A stretch of DNA of 64,000 nucleotides from Bigelowiella natans CCMP2755 (lineage: Eukaryota > Protista > Cercozoa), in the NCBI GenBank assembly GCA_000320545.1, contig ADNK01002807.1, positions 1 through 64,000 of the forward strand, written 5' to 3'. Shown one piece after another: positions 13,474 through 26,849 of the stretch (position 1 is the stretch's first letter; every line of letters begins with the position of its first letter). The translations under genes were made by a program, and so were the position numbers. A model generated the notes under the pieces. That model saw nothing but the letters and a program-made list of their open reading frames with translations. It had not been told where the DNA came from and did not search any database.

Positions 13474-14050
13474 ATGGGTTTGACCACCTTTGAGAAATAG
13501 TAAATTGATTCCCCCAGAGATTTAATCGAGATTGTCTTTTCTGATATCGTCTCTATCAAAACTCCGCGTAGAGAAGCCGTGTGTGATAAGAACCCTTCTT
13601 TTCCTCCCAACGTCCGCAGCGGTACCGGTGGTGGTTGGTGGCAGGTCAATGCTACCACTCTCAAAACTGAAGTCGGGCTTTTGTAAGATCCCTGGCGCCA
13701 GTGCATTATGCCTGAGGGGGTCAGACACGAAGAAGTTCCTGCAGGATAAAACGACGAATGATGTCAACAAGCTCATATATCCCGGAGACAGCCAGCTGAC
13801 GGCATTCTTGAACCGGAAAGGCAGATTTCTCCACAGTTCCCTTCTTGTTAAAGGTATTTTTTTTAATTTTACGTTGATAGTTTTGGGAAAAGACTTGGTG
13901 GTTCCATTTGCTCATAGTTTGTTTCGGATGCGCGAGTCCTAGTGTACTGCCGACTTTCGTGTTTGTGTAGCCCTACTGTTGCTCTCTCTATCTTTCTCTC
14001 TCATCTCTGGTCTCTCTCTCTCTCGTCTCTGATCTCTCTCTCTCGTCTCT

Positions 14051-14099
<49 letters not shown>

Positions 14100-14136
14100 A
14101 CTCTCTCTCTCTCTCTCTCGACTCTCTCCCTCTCTC

Positions 14137-14207
<71 letters not shown>

Positions 14208-15375
14208 TATACATGCACATGGACACTCCTTATATTCCTTTCCATCTTACCATCAAGGCCACGAAGAGAGTGAGTACATTCTGATTACCGAATCCAGCGG
14301 GATTCCGGAGCTTTCAAAGCATATAAAACTGTTCAAGTTTCGATCAAAAGTGGAGATGGAGGACGTCTCGAATGTGTACGACATTTGGGGTATTTTGAGC
14401 AAAGATCGACAACTCCTTGCACAGACTGTGGAGGAAAATAACAGCACTCCAGCGAGTGATGGGTTGGGCAGTATTGCTTTTCTGGATCCACGCACCCCTA
14501 CACTAGACCACAAAGGAGAAGAAGGAGATGCTCCTACAATATGTAATGCTACATTTCAATGAACCTCATATTGACCCCGCTTTTGTCTCACGGATTGTAC
14601 TTCTTGTAATTGCTGTCAGCATCTTTCCCACCGCCAATGGGCGCTATAGTGCTCACTACCAGCAGCTCTCCCCGCTCACCACGTCTTCCGGATTTCGTAG
14701 AAAATATTGATGGGGCAGCCTACGACGCGTAATATAACTATATATAATTATATACTTGTTACTTATGATTAAATCATCCAAGTCATCACCTCCATTTTAC
14801 TACACCACAGTGGAGAGTTCCCACCGCCTTCACGGGATGTGTATCAGTATCGTTGTTAATAACCTTTCAGGTACAGAATGATCCAAGGAATTCCACGGGA
14901 CAATCATGATATGTTTCGGAATGAAAGTTTTATCCTGGAATCGAACTATGACTGGTTGGGTGGCGTTAGTTTCACCAAAGGCTGCTACCTGGGCCAAGAG
15001 CTTACCGCACGCTCACATCATACTGGTGTGATACGAAAGCGTTTGATGCCGGTCTACTTTGTTCCGTCAGGGTCAAATGAGCAGAAAATTGGTGGACGAG
15101 ATATTAAGAATTATGAGAGGTGGGACGACGATGCTGAGCTTTTGTTTCCTTCATACTTTGATCCGAGCTCGAAGCTACTTGTACCACCAACGTCTACAAA
15201 GTTGAGAGCTAATGATAAGCCGGCAGGTAAAATTCTCGCGTCCGCATTTAATGTGGGTATAGCTCAGGTCCGATTTGAGAACACGAACGCTGATACCGTA
15301 TTTGAAGCTGATGGAGTACGTATAGTTCCTGTTGTACCTTCGTGGTGGCCGCAAGATGCCTTGGGCCTATCATGA
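13474..15375 (+). CDS. IBA57: IBA57/CAF17/YgfZ folate-binding Fe-S cluster maturation factor
   Basis: LRGSDTKKFLQDKTTND, AFLNRKGRFL, FKFRSKVEMED, DPR, and the signature ESNYDWLGGVSFTKGCYLGQELTARSHHTGVIRKRL; ends PSWWP. Start is tentative (4-nt ATGG first coding exon at 13474, alternative ATG at 13649). Confidence 0.93.
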
Positions 15376-15646
15376 TATTTTATTAATTATAACTATTTAG
15401 CAGGCCTGTTATTTTCAGTTTACCTTGTATTTTAAGTAATTTACGCTTCGTCATTGATGGTGTAGGTGTATAGATTCACACTCTTACACGTAGGAGTTAG
15501 TAGCTCGAATATTTTCACGCCAGCTCCGAAACATTACTATTGTTTTTTATCTAAAAATGCGTAGCATGAATCGGCTAGCGTCGTTTCGTGGAGATGTGAG
15601 AACCACTGCCTAGCTTTGCTGCTGGCGCGCGTACTACTGCACTGCG

Positions 15647-15692
<46 letters not shown>

Positions 15693-16631
15693 AGCTAGAC
15701 ATGCATGTACATAGTTTAGGGCTGCACATGCATGCGCATGCGAGTCGCACGGTCAGAATAATGCTTCTCCACACATACAAGCACACGATGCTACGTACCG
15801 CAACGAATTAGAGCGACATACGCACGCTTATTGTGTTTCGCGGCGTATCTCACATAGTACACGCTTATAGCCTCAAACGCTGTGAGGTATATATAAAGTA
15901 CTAGAGCATACACTCAAAACGTGAATCGAAGGTACCGTGGAGATATTATCGTGGCGATCGACTTGAAAGCTCTAGGAGAAGCTAGGGACAGCTGTACTAA
16001 CATATGTGTGCTTAATGCACGCCAATCATCCTGTTTGGGCCAGCAATGGACATCTAGAACTCGTGCATAGAGCATGCGGTGATTAACATCTTGCAATCAT
16101 ATTTAATAATCAACGCCTGTGCTACGATGCACTACGCTTCGATGCACTACGTACACTAGCTAGCTAGTCCGCCTAGTATACATGCATAGCAAGGATACTG
16201 TTCCTAGCGATGCCTTGGATCTATCACTGCATCGCACGCTTGAATACTTTAGCCTGTGTGCATCATCACATGCCGAATAAACACTTTATGTTGATTTTGC
16301 TAGTTTGGGTTGTGAGTTGCGACGGGGTCGTGTATGTCTCATCGTGCAGTCCTCATCAGCATTTCGCATGCTATGCATGCTGAATCCACATTTTTGTGTG
16401 ACATACAGCAATGGATATGGTGCCCATCTATCACAATGTCATACATATCAGATTCGCTGTCTCCATTACTTAATAGTATACATTGCACAACGTAATGACA
16501 GTGATCTCTGTGCTCACCAACATTGCTAGATATTGGAGCACATAGCCACACATATCGCATCTAATTTTTACACTGCTGATCGAATTCGTTCTAAACAATC
16601 ATCACACAACCTATTTTCAAGTATATAGGCA

Positions 16632-17558
16632 TCATCGTATGCATTCCTCAAGCGGTCTGGGGGATAAATTATTAGGAATGCTTTTACCAGACGCTCGCAA
16701 CGCCTCCAATGCCGCTACAGCAGCATCCGACTGAGGAGGAGTCCTCATTTGGATCAAGTGGCGAGTATTTTCTCCTTCAGTAGCCATGACTTTTTCATGC
16801 ATTTGAGGAACGATTTCTGCCAATCGTGAAGCCCTTTCGACAGCCAAAATCTGGCTCATTTTTTTATATGCTGTTCGTCGGTAAGCGTAAGCCTCCCCTA
16901 TACCCCACTTGTAGAGTGCGTTCTCTTTGGTCGCTGCTCCTTCTACCTGTTCCATCCAATCTGCAAGCGATAACTCAACAAAATCAAGCCATTCCGCGAA
17001 GTTGAGCTCCATGGAGAATCGACCTAGTTCTGGCCGAGCTTGCAGTAAAAATGTTGTGGTGTTTCTATCCTCCTTTCCAGTCCACGCAAACACCGTTTCG
17101 TCAAATGTAAAACGGTCCAGCATGCAAAAAACAAACGCCAAATTTTCGGCCCTCTCTCCGATTAACGACCGCACAGCATCTCTCTGAGAAAGAGGCAGAG
17201 TAAATCCTTGGAAGCCTTCCGTTCCGTATATGCTATGGAACAGCCCAGCGTTAACGAGATACTTTGGAGCACTCCAATGCCTCAAGACTGCCTGAACCCC
17301 TTTCAAATGCTCATCAAACGCAGCGCTCCCAGTGTGATCGAGTACAGCAGGAACGTGGTCGTTGACGTACTTCCATAAGGCCTCATCTTCCTCGTGCCAT
17401 TTTTGTGCAACTGCCTCTGGCGTCTTTGGATTTGGAGCCTTGAAGCGACAAGATACCATATCGCATTGATCAGTGCCCCATAATTCTTGAGGCAGTGCCT
17501 GTGTAAAGAGGAGTAGAAGCGATAGAAAGCTTACCCTGACCATGCTAACCATCGCCAT
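16632..17558 (-). CDS. Intronless HD-like domain protein (DUF6817-like) with signal peptide
   Basis: Single 308-aa ORF; N-terminal hydrophobic stretch (VSFLSLLLLFTQA); motif HTGSAAFDEHLKGVQAVLRHW..AGLFHSIYGTEGF..R..VRSLIGERAENLAFVFC, recognised from memory as DUF6817. Confidence 0.8.
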   Translation of the reverse strand: MAMVSMVRVSFLSLLLLFTQALPQELWGTDQCDMVSCRFKAPNPKTPEAVAQKWHEEDEALWKYVNDHVPAVLDHTGSAAFDEHLKGVQAVLRHWSAPKYLVNAGLFHSIYGTEGFQGFTLPLSQRDAVRSLIGERAENLAFVFCMLDRFTFDETVFAWTGKEDRNTTTFLLQARPELGRFSMELNFAEWLDFVELSLADWMEQVEGAATKENALYKWGIGEAYAYRRTAYKKMSQILAVERASRLAEIVPQMHEKVMATEGENTRHLIQMRTPPQSDAAVAALEALRASGKSIPNNLSPRPLEECIR

Positions 17559-17829
17559 CCATCACAAATCTGCTCCGATAGGCCGAACCCTAAGATCTAC
17601 TACCGGTATTCGTACCACGATACTTGGCAACTGCTCATGTCGCACATCAACTAATATAGGGGGAAAATAGGATATTGCATATGTAATAATAATACGTGGG
17701 ATAATTAGGCTGCGACAACCAAATATCTCTTTTTCGAAGGAAGACTAGAAGGGTATGCATCGATGAGGATAATTTCTCATCGATCAGTTCCTCCCCCCTT
17801 ACTCAATCGTCGGACGGCGGAAACGAACG

Positions 17830-18481
17830 ATGCTGATTCGAACAAACCGCTTGCCATCTTTGCGCCTCACGATGGTGACCCTCATTCTCCTTGTCTGCAC
17901 CTCCTCGATAAGAGCTGCTAGTAGCGCCGATGATGACGATAGTTCTGACAACGATGATCGAACCTGCGACACCACGCAAGGAGAATCTTGTGCTCCTGGT
18001 ATTTTTTCAACCTTTCATGTTAATATGGAGACAATCTAGCTTCTGATTCATCAATTTCTGTCGCCCATCAGCCGCGAAAGTAGTAGTAGTAAGTATCATG
18101 CAGGGACCGATGAAGGACAAGGAATGGATTCCGGTCGTAGACAAATACTTCGCAGTTTATTAATTCTTTTATCGGCTGACAACTCTCTTGTTCGTTCATT
18201 GGTGGGGGTTTAGATTACAAAGCAAAACCATGAAGCATACTGCAGGGAAAGAGGATACACTTACGTGCTTTGGGATCAGGTTAGTTAGTGCATGGGAATG
18301 ATATGTTTATTATATCAATGTAAAGAATAATATGTCTCATAAATCAAATTAACAGAATCTAAGCGAACGCACTCCGCACTGGGAGAAATTGGAGGCCATT
18401 TTGGAGCTCATGGAAGAAGACTACGATATTTTGTATTGGACAGACGCCGACTCCATTGTATGTGTTGCTAGGAGCAAGACT

Positions 18482-18530
<49 letters not shown>

Positions 18531-18958
18531 CCTCAACTAAAAGCATTGCTAATATATCGAAATCACCGTTGTACTTAAATGCTCAATCTATTCCCATTCG
18601 CTTCCTCCTCTCTTCCTTCCTGTTTTTCGATTCTTGTTCATACCCCCCCCCTGTTAGTTTACTAATTTCTCAATGAGGATAGAAGACCTTCTTCCGGTAT
18701 CAGCAGCATTCTTCTAGTGCTATCAATGATGTGTGACTTAATCTAAGCTAAATGATTGGAAAGCAAGTACTGTGATTGGTTTCATCGTGAAGTTTTGGAC
18801 GCAATACTTTAAGAGCTACATGAAAATCGGTGTATATCGACGATCCATTGAGATTAGTGTGTATCCGTCGTTGCAGGAAGGTAAACATTTTGCATTTAGT
18901 GGCGACTGGAACATCATCAATTCTGGGCATTGGGCGGTGAGTAGTAGTAAATAGACAC

Positions 18959-18989
<31 letters not shown>

Positions 18990-19278
18990 CAGTAGTGATG
19001 GTAGAGGTGGGAGAGATGAGGAACAACAACTTGCTCACTCATCAGCAGCTACTGCAGCAAATGGTGGTGATGGTGCTTGTTATGTGGGTAGTAGTAGTAG
19101 TAATAGCCGGATGATAACACAAATACCCATTTTTATGAAAGTATCCCCCTCCACCTCCCACCCCTTCCCCTTCTCCTTTTCCTTTTATAATCATTTGATA
19201 TAATTATTATCATGATCACTGTTATTATTGTTGTCCAGGTTCGCAACTCAGATTGGGCTGCAGAATTCCTAGAGGTCA

Positions 19279-19318
<40 letters not shown>

Positions 19319-19915
19319 TAATAACATTGTTTCCTCTACGTGTTCCTGTCAGAAGGAGGGGAGGAGGAGTGTGTCTTAATATGAATATACATCATCAATA
19401 TACACGTGATTCTGTAATGAGAGTGAAATGTTTTATTATGAATAATTTGCTGAAAACCTACCTCTATCAAGTAAGACTTCAACCCGATTAGATGAAACAC
19501 ATATGCTGCTGCTGCTGCTGCTGCTGCTCTTCTATCTAATCCTGTTATCATTATTAACTATCATAGGACATCTTGGAGTTTTACCCCATGCCATTCCCCA
19601 ATTGGGACAACGCTGCTTTCTCGGTTAGTCGGGTGTCGTTGTTGATGACGATGATGATGATGTTGATGATGATGATAAGAAACCACCACGGCTACGTAGA
19701 TAATCTGTCATAATAGTTTGGAATTGGAAGCAATGGTGATGAATATTGTGTTGCTTACGGTGATAGATCATGCTTGGAGGATGCACGCCCAAGGTAGGAG
19801 GAGGAGGAGGAACAGTAGTAATGTCATATTTTGTCACCTGTTTGCTGCTCTTAATTGCTCCTTCTTTATTCTATTGTCTCCTTTCGTCGTGTTCACGACG
19901 ACGCGATGATGATGA

Positions 19916-19953
<38 letters not shown>

Positions 19954-20040
19954 TTCCGTCTCCCTCTCTCTCTCTCTCTCTCTCAACAGGAAACACAACG
20001 ATGGTTGGAATGTCTGAGACGTGTGGATCAAGGGTAGTAG

Positions 20041-20071
<31 letters not shown>

Positions 20072-20261
20072 GTTCTCGCTGCTCTATATCCTCCTCCTCT
20101 AATGTAAAGGGTGTGCGTATATCTCTGCCGCAAATGTGTGGTCCTCTTTGTCGTTTTTGATACGGTGATACACCACCCACTCCAGGTTCATCAATCGTCA
20201 AATCAGAGCTGACATCGAAGAAGGAAGAGCTTCCTACGTAAGTTTCAGTGTGGTGTTCCAA

Positions 20262-20303
<42 letters not shown>

Positions 20304-20730
20304 AAATGAGAGAGGAGAAGACAGAGGAGGGAGGAGGAAATATAAGACTTGTTTTGAGTTGTTGGTGAGGGTATCTATCGTCGGTTCTATTATGATGAGA
20401 GTTGTTGTTTGTATTCTGTGCGGTTGTTTGCGTACATACAGCTTATATCTCCCAAACTTCGTTCCTATGTCGCACTACACCCGAAAAGATCTATGAATGG
20501 GTCAGTCAAGCTGTACTGTATAGTTATTACAATAGGACAGTGCTCTCATCGTCGTCTCTCTCTCTCTCTCCGTCCTGTGTGATGACCATGATGATTGTAC
20601 TACTACTTCACTATTACTACTATTACTACTACCACTACTCAGATATCCCGGTGACTGGCGTGTGGGCGATCCTGTACTGCACACAGTGGATCGCCAAGAT
20701 CATGAGGTATTTTAAATGTTAAACAAAAAT

Positions 20731-20772
<42 letters not shown>

Positions 20773-21659
20773 TTTAATTATTACCTAGATGACAAATCAA
20801 GCTCCTCATGCTGTTGTGTTTATTCATGATACATCAGCGCATATTTTGGACATCGCTAGTGTTGGACAAAAATGTCAGTCGTAAGAGCAGTGTACGGAGG
20901 GAGAGGGAGAAAGAGAGAGAAGGCAATGTTTCTTTACGTGGGCGAGAAAATTATGCCAAATCATCTCATTTCTGAAATCGCTCCTTGGAATGCTATCATT
21001 TCATATCGAAGCAGCAGCAGCGGCAGCCATCGATCGTATTATAAATGTTGAAGATGTATTCTCATATTCTTCAATCTTGTGGCGGCCTAATGTCTAATGC
21101 TGCTGAATGTCACCTGTACTACTGCTATTACTACCTCTACTAAAGGGATATCCTGTAAAGAGCGAGGAATTCGAGCAGGACATCAAGGTCTTAGACGAGC
21201 AAGCCAGGGCTAAGATAGACCAACAGGACATGAACTCAGCTCTGGAGCTTTATCATCGAGTCAGTTGTTTTCTTGTCATCATCATCAACAACCACAGCAA
21301 CAGCATCAACATAATTAATATGGCCATCAGCATCGTCATCATCCTCTTCATCATCATCATCCACAAAGTAATCTCTCTTAAGATTTATTATTCTAATGGA
21401 ATTGGTACTGCGTATTAGGCGCTTCTATCTGTTTCAATAATGGCAAGAAAGAGCGAGACAGCAGTAGGATCGGTGTGATTAATCCCCTCCTCCTCCCTCC
21501 CCTCCCATGCTACCACCAGCACCCGCAGAACTGCCCTTCCTTTCTTCACACTTATCGTTATTTTCCAAATATTCAAATGACGAGTAGACACCTGAGACCA
21601 TGAGGACAGCTCGAAACCAAATCAATTTCAATATGGGTGATCATTCATTACCATATTAC

Positions 21660-21693
<34 letters not shown>

Positions 21694-22558
21694 CGGAATA
21701 GCCAATAATTCCTAACATAATTTACTGGTATTATCATTTTATTCAGGATATGCATTTATGAGGTTGAACCGGCCGTGGAAGGCAGCGAATGCTTTTCAGG
21801 TAGTAGTTGGTAGTTTTTCAGCACAACAGCTCCTCATTTGTTTAACATCAACAACGTTGGTTTACCACAGAGGAGATGATGGTGTGATTAGTACTCACGC
21901 ACCTTGATTGTGATGTTTGGTCAGAGAGCAGTTGATAACAACCCAGAAGATGCTGATGCTTGGAGGTCAATGCCCATCATGCAGCACAGCGCACACATAT
22001 AGAAGGGAAAGAAAGGGAGGGGAAGGAGCGAGGGAGAGAGCAGAAGATATATCCAAGCATCTGAAAAAAAATCGTTCATCTCAATTTCCATCCCTTCTCA
22101 TTTCTTCCACTCTTTTGGTTGTGTCATCTCGGTTGATATCATCGATGCAGTTCTTTGGCACAATCGTATATGAGTATGAGGTGAATAAAGACAGCTACTA
22201 TGATAATAACATCTTCACGATATTGTAGCAGCAGCAGTAGTAATAGTAGTAGTAGTAGTAGGAGTACCAGAACTAGAAGAAGCAGAAAGATTCACTACTC
22301 ATTCGAGTTGATAAGTTTATGTTTACTGAATACCATACCATAACATAGCATAGAACCTTTCCCAAAAGGTACTACCACTACTACTGCTGCTGCTACTACT
22401 ACTGCTACTACTACTACTACTACTACTACTACCACATATTCCTGGATGGTGCATTCTTCTACCGTGGCTCGTCGTCAGCATTACTACTATTACTTTGTGA
22501 TATAATAGGTCCCGCTTCTATCAAATATGGCAATACCCTCTCGCAATCGCAGCTCTAA

Positions 22559-22591
<33 letters not shown>

Positions 22592-23049
22592 GTGATGATT
22601 GGTTGTTGGATAATACAGTACCACGCAAAGTAGATAGATCATCGAATACTTCTTACCGTCTCTTCGTTTGTTCTTCTTATTTGGAATTGAATGGAAGAGG
22701 TCCCAGCATCATCATCCACTTTGACTCTCAATTCTTTCGCCAAACGAACTCGCATCATTTTCTCCTCATTTTGTATCTTTCAACAACAATAGGAGGCATC
22801 TCGAGTAATAGCGGAGCAAACGGAGCAAGAGGTGTATATGCTGTATATGTGCAATTTTCTAATAAGGATACTTTTCTAAATCGAAGTTGACAATTATTAT
22901 GATGAAAGGTACCTGCTCTCAACGAGCTTGAATGCGGGAATACTATATGGGCTAATGGACAACGAGGAGATTTTTATCAAGCATCAGGAATTCCGAAGAA
23001 AAAATGCGAACTAGTAGATCTGAGTTTAAAGCAGAATAACATTGGCTGA
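17830..23049 (+). CDS. Glycosyltransferase family 34-like (GMA12/MNN10) protein with C-terminal TPR-like repeats; many exons
   Basis: Signal peptide; KQNHEAYCRERGY, RTPHWEKLEAILELM..YDILYWTDADSI (DxD), DWNIINSGHWAVRNSDWAAEFLE. Later exons give TPR-like NFNMGYAFMRLNRPWKAANAFQRAVDNNPEDADAW. Frame of the last exon and the stop are uncertain. Confidence 0.75.
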
Positions 23050-23779
23050 GCATGACCGCACGGCACGATGGTTAGCCACTGCAATAGGTCTATTCTTACA
23101 CAGCATTATTCACTTATACAGCGACGATGGAGAGCACTATGATATTTGCCCGTTCTGATCACTAGATCAGTGTGATATCCTAGTGTCTGATATAGTCCAC
23201 CATATCTACGTATGTGCGTATTCAGATATATTTAGTCGCTATTATTAACATATCGCTGCTGGCTATGCGCTGTACAAGTGTCATGAACTGGCGCGCGCCG
23301 CTGCTATGCATGTGTAGTTAGTTGTGTGTCTCTTCCTAGCTAGCTAGCTTCTTTCCATTTACTGTGGTGGATTTTGCAATGGATGCAACTACCTAGCTAG
23401 CTAGCGCAGAGCACGCCATTGCCATGTATGTTAATACGTGAGCAAATCCGAAGATACCAAGCGCTGCATATTTTTTAAATCATCATACACTGAACATCTT
23501 GCTTCCAGACTCAAGCTCCAAATAAGCGAACAGTCACAATTAAATTGCTGAACGATTGATGCATGTTTACCGCTGGTGCTCGATGCATTGTAAGGATGAC
23601 TACGACTACTACTGTAGGTAAACAGAGATTATTCATTCCTTGGTGTATCGGTATATTTCCACCATCTTTTGTATTCTAGTCGTATTTGTTGCATGTTGCG
23701 CAGTAATACGTTGCGTACCACCCGCGAAGTTACAACAACACTTTAACGCCACCATCAACTCTTTTTACTGTAGCACCCA

Positions 23780-25473
23780 CTACTCTTTCGTGAGATAGTT
23801 TTGGAAGAATGCGTATCCTTCTTTAGGGCAATATGTTGGAATAGTGTGCCCACAACCCTTCACTGTTACCAATGAAATGCCATCCCATTCGTTGATCATA
23901 CCCGCAACATCTCCGTCAAGAAGCCATGGTCTGTACTTGCCCAAGTTCTTGCGACCAAGGCAATTCATCCATCGCTCCGTCCCCAAGAACGGCACTGCTG
24001 AATCTGCGGTACCAGAGACTACCCAGATCTTCCATTCAGGTGCCTTTGCGAAGAATTTTGGGAATAGGTTAGCAATGTTCTTCTTCTCACCGGCACTGCC
24101 TTGGTTGTACTGCCAATTATCCGGGAGTGAAGGCCAATGTCGAACACCGCTGCTGCTGTGGTTGCTTCTCTTTTGATACGTTACATTGTCGTTTCTTCCC
24201 CCCCCTCCTCCTCCAACATGGGCATGAATTGCTTTAAGCACTTCAGGGTAGTTCATATACTCAGGAGTAAGGTTGTTGATGCAAGGATCATATCCGTTAA
24301 TGTCCAATCCATATTTTCTTTCCATGTGTTTTAAAAAGGGGTGATGTTGGCGTTGTGCTAGCTTCATAGTTGTACTGAATTTAGAAGAAGCATTCCCAGC
24401 AGCAGCCTGGCAGGTCGTCACAAGAACATCATAGAAATCTAGGGGTTGGGGTAGCATCGAAATCGCAGCTGCCGTTGCATTGATGCAAGTCTCTGTGGGG
24501 TGTGTAAAATCAGTCTCGCACTCAGTGAAGAACTTCTCCCAACCACATGCATGACGTGCTTCCAAGTACTCCTTTGCTGGGATGAGGCCATGAGTCCACA
24601 TAAATGTTGTAAATGCGTACTCATTCACGTTGTAGTACCAGTCTGAGTTGATGCCGGGGTTCCCGATCAAGAATCCCCGCATATCAACATCATCAATTGG
24701 CTCATCAATCAACTTCTCCGCCAAGTTGGGGACATAATGGCCGCCATAGCTCTCCCCGGTAAGATAGAAAGGGTTCTTCTTGAAATCGGAGAACACCTCG
24801 AAGAACTTGCTAAGAAACTGGTGGCTCTCGTATGCAGACTGTTCATCGGTAATATTTTCATAGTTTTTGCCATCAGCTGAGAAGCTAAAACCGACACCTA
24901 GATGATAACAAGGAACAGGCACGGAGGATGATAGATGAGAGAGGATGTTTTCCATTATTCGTGTAGTTAACACCAAACATTCTAAATGCTGAATATGATC
25001 TGATGGCCATAATATTCTATGGTGGACGCTATCATTATTGAAAGTGTACTACCTGTTGGCATTTCAAGGTAGATAATGCTCGCATGCTGATTCCCACGAG
25101 TAATCGTAAAGCTTGGGTACCACAGCTCCTGTGCTTGAGTCTCTTTCCAACTGAAGGGGCCATGCTCCGTCCAAAATCCATAAGCCACACTGGAGGATCC
25201 AGGACCACCATTTGTCCAGAATGCCACTGGATCTGTCTTTGGATCATCCATGGACTCAACGAACCAGAAGAACATCTCCGTTCCAAAGCCATCATCCAGA
25301 GGCATGTAGCCTGCGTATTGCTTGAATGGCACTTCAGCATCCAGGCCAGGTAAGCTTTCGATCGCAAAATCGGAAGGTGACAGCGCTGTTGCCATCGACA
25401 AGGAAGCTGAGGCCATGAGGACGAAGGTGAACATGTTTCTTCCAAAGAAGGGGGGATGTGTGATTCGAGGCAT
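23780..25473 (-). CDS. Serine carboxypeptidase (S10)
   Basis: Exons 25473-25053 and 24897-23780; signal peptide, SLPGL..FKQYAGYM, WTNGGPGSSS, YLEMPTG|VGFS, catalytic GESYGG, SGTADSAVP, GCGHTIP. Confidence 0.95.
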
Positions 25474-25498
25474 GGTGGAGATTGTTCGATTCTTCAGG

Positions 25499-25679
25499 CG
25501 TGTATCGATTGATTGATTGCTGCTGATCGATGATGATTTAGACCATAAATTTACGATATCTGTCGCATGTATGATCACTTCAAATGGACTGTCTCTCGTG
25601 TATCGATTGGTTGCTGCCGATTGAGAACGATTTAGACCATAAATCTACGATACTTTCCGCGTATTTGATTACTTGAATG
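25499..25679. repeat. Imperfect tandem duplication (~85-bp unit, period 98) in a divergent promoter gap
   Basis: cgtgtatcgattg...gatttagaccataaat(t/c)tacgata...tgat(c/t)actt at 25499 and 25597. Confidence 0.8.
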
Positions 25680-25951
25680 TAATTTTAACTTTGTTGTCGC
25701 AGTAGTAAATTCCGATGTTTTTAATAATAAATAGCAAGGTATGAACCTATTCTTATTTACCAGAAAGCAGCTTCGTGGATCGGCTTAAGGAGAAAAAGAA
25801 ACGGTGGGTATAAACTGGTACACTGAGCGTAAAAAATGAGTCGTAGAAATGTATTGCAATGTATTTTTCTTTTCCGTTTTTGTACGTTCACTTTCTTAGT
25901 CTGAAGTAATTTCTCGGAAATCTTACGCTGTATACAATTCAGAAGATTACA

Positions 25952-26723
25952 ATGGTCTGTCCCCCCCCCCAAGTTACTAGTTTTGGCATCGTATGTTTCA
26001 AATTGGATATGGGTGCACACTTTTCTCTCAAATAATCCTCATGTGTTTTAATAGTACAAAGAATAATATATCATCATTGAGCCCCTACCCTCATTGCATG
26101 CGGTTTGTCACAGGGAGTTCCTGGATTATTTCCGTGGTTCAGAGAAAAATTCTCGCATCGAATCGTACCTCTACGCATTTATAAAGCCACAAATGAGGTG
26201 GGGGCTTGTGACTTGGAAGAGGAGAAAATAAGGTTGCAAATCCTCTCGTTATTATTCATGGATTTGGAAATAATAATTAGTTCCTCTCTGAAAACACTCT
26301 CCCATCCTGTTTGAATGACGGCAGTGGCGGTGACACAAAGCATGCGTGGGACTGCTTGCATCTGGATTTGAACGGATTCATCCATGTTGCTGCTGCAAAG
26401 GAGATGGAAGAAGCAGGCGCAGGTAAACAGTGGCACCGTACAAATACTTGGCCAGCAACGACGACACATATTCCTCCTCTCTTCGAGCCTATCAAACACC
26501 TTCTCCTTAACAATTGTTGATGTGATGGTATCGTGACAGTGGACAATCTGGAGCTGATATTTAGAAGAGTAGCGAAAGCCATCGAAGATTTGGTGCATTT
26601 AATCCGTCCTGCAATGCTTGTGTAAGCAGTCGTAGTAGCAGCAGCAGCAGCAGCAGTTGCGGAAGATAATATGATAGAAATAGTTGCTATAGAGTTCAGA
26701 TACGCGCACACACACACACATAA

Positions 26724-26776
<53 letters not shown>

Positions 26777-26816
26777 AAACACACACAATATCGATTTTGC
26801 TGCGAACGCTCATCAT

Positions 26817-26849
<33 letters not shown>

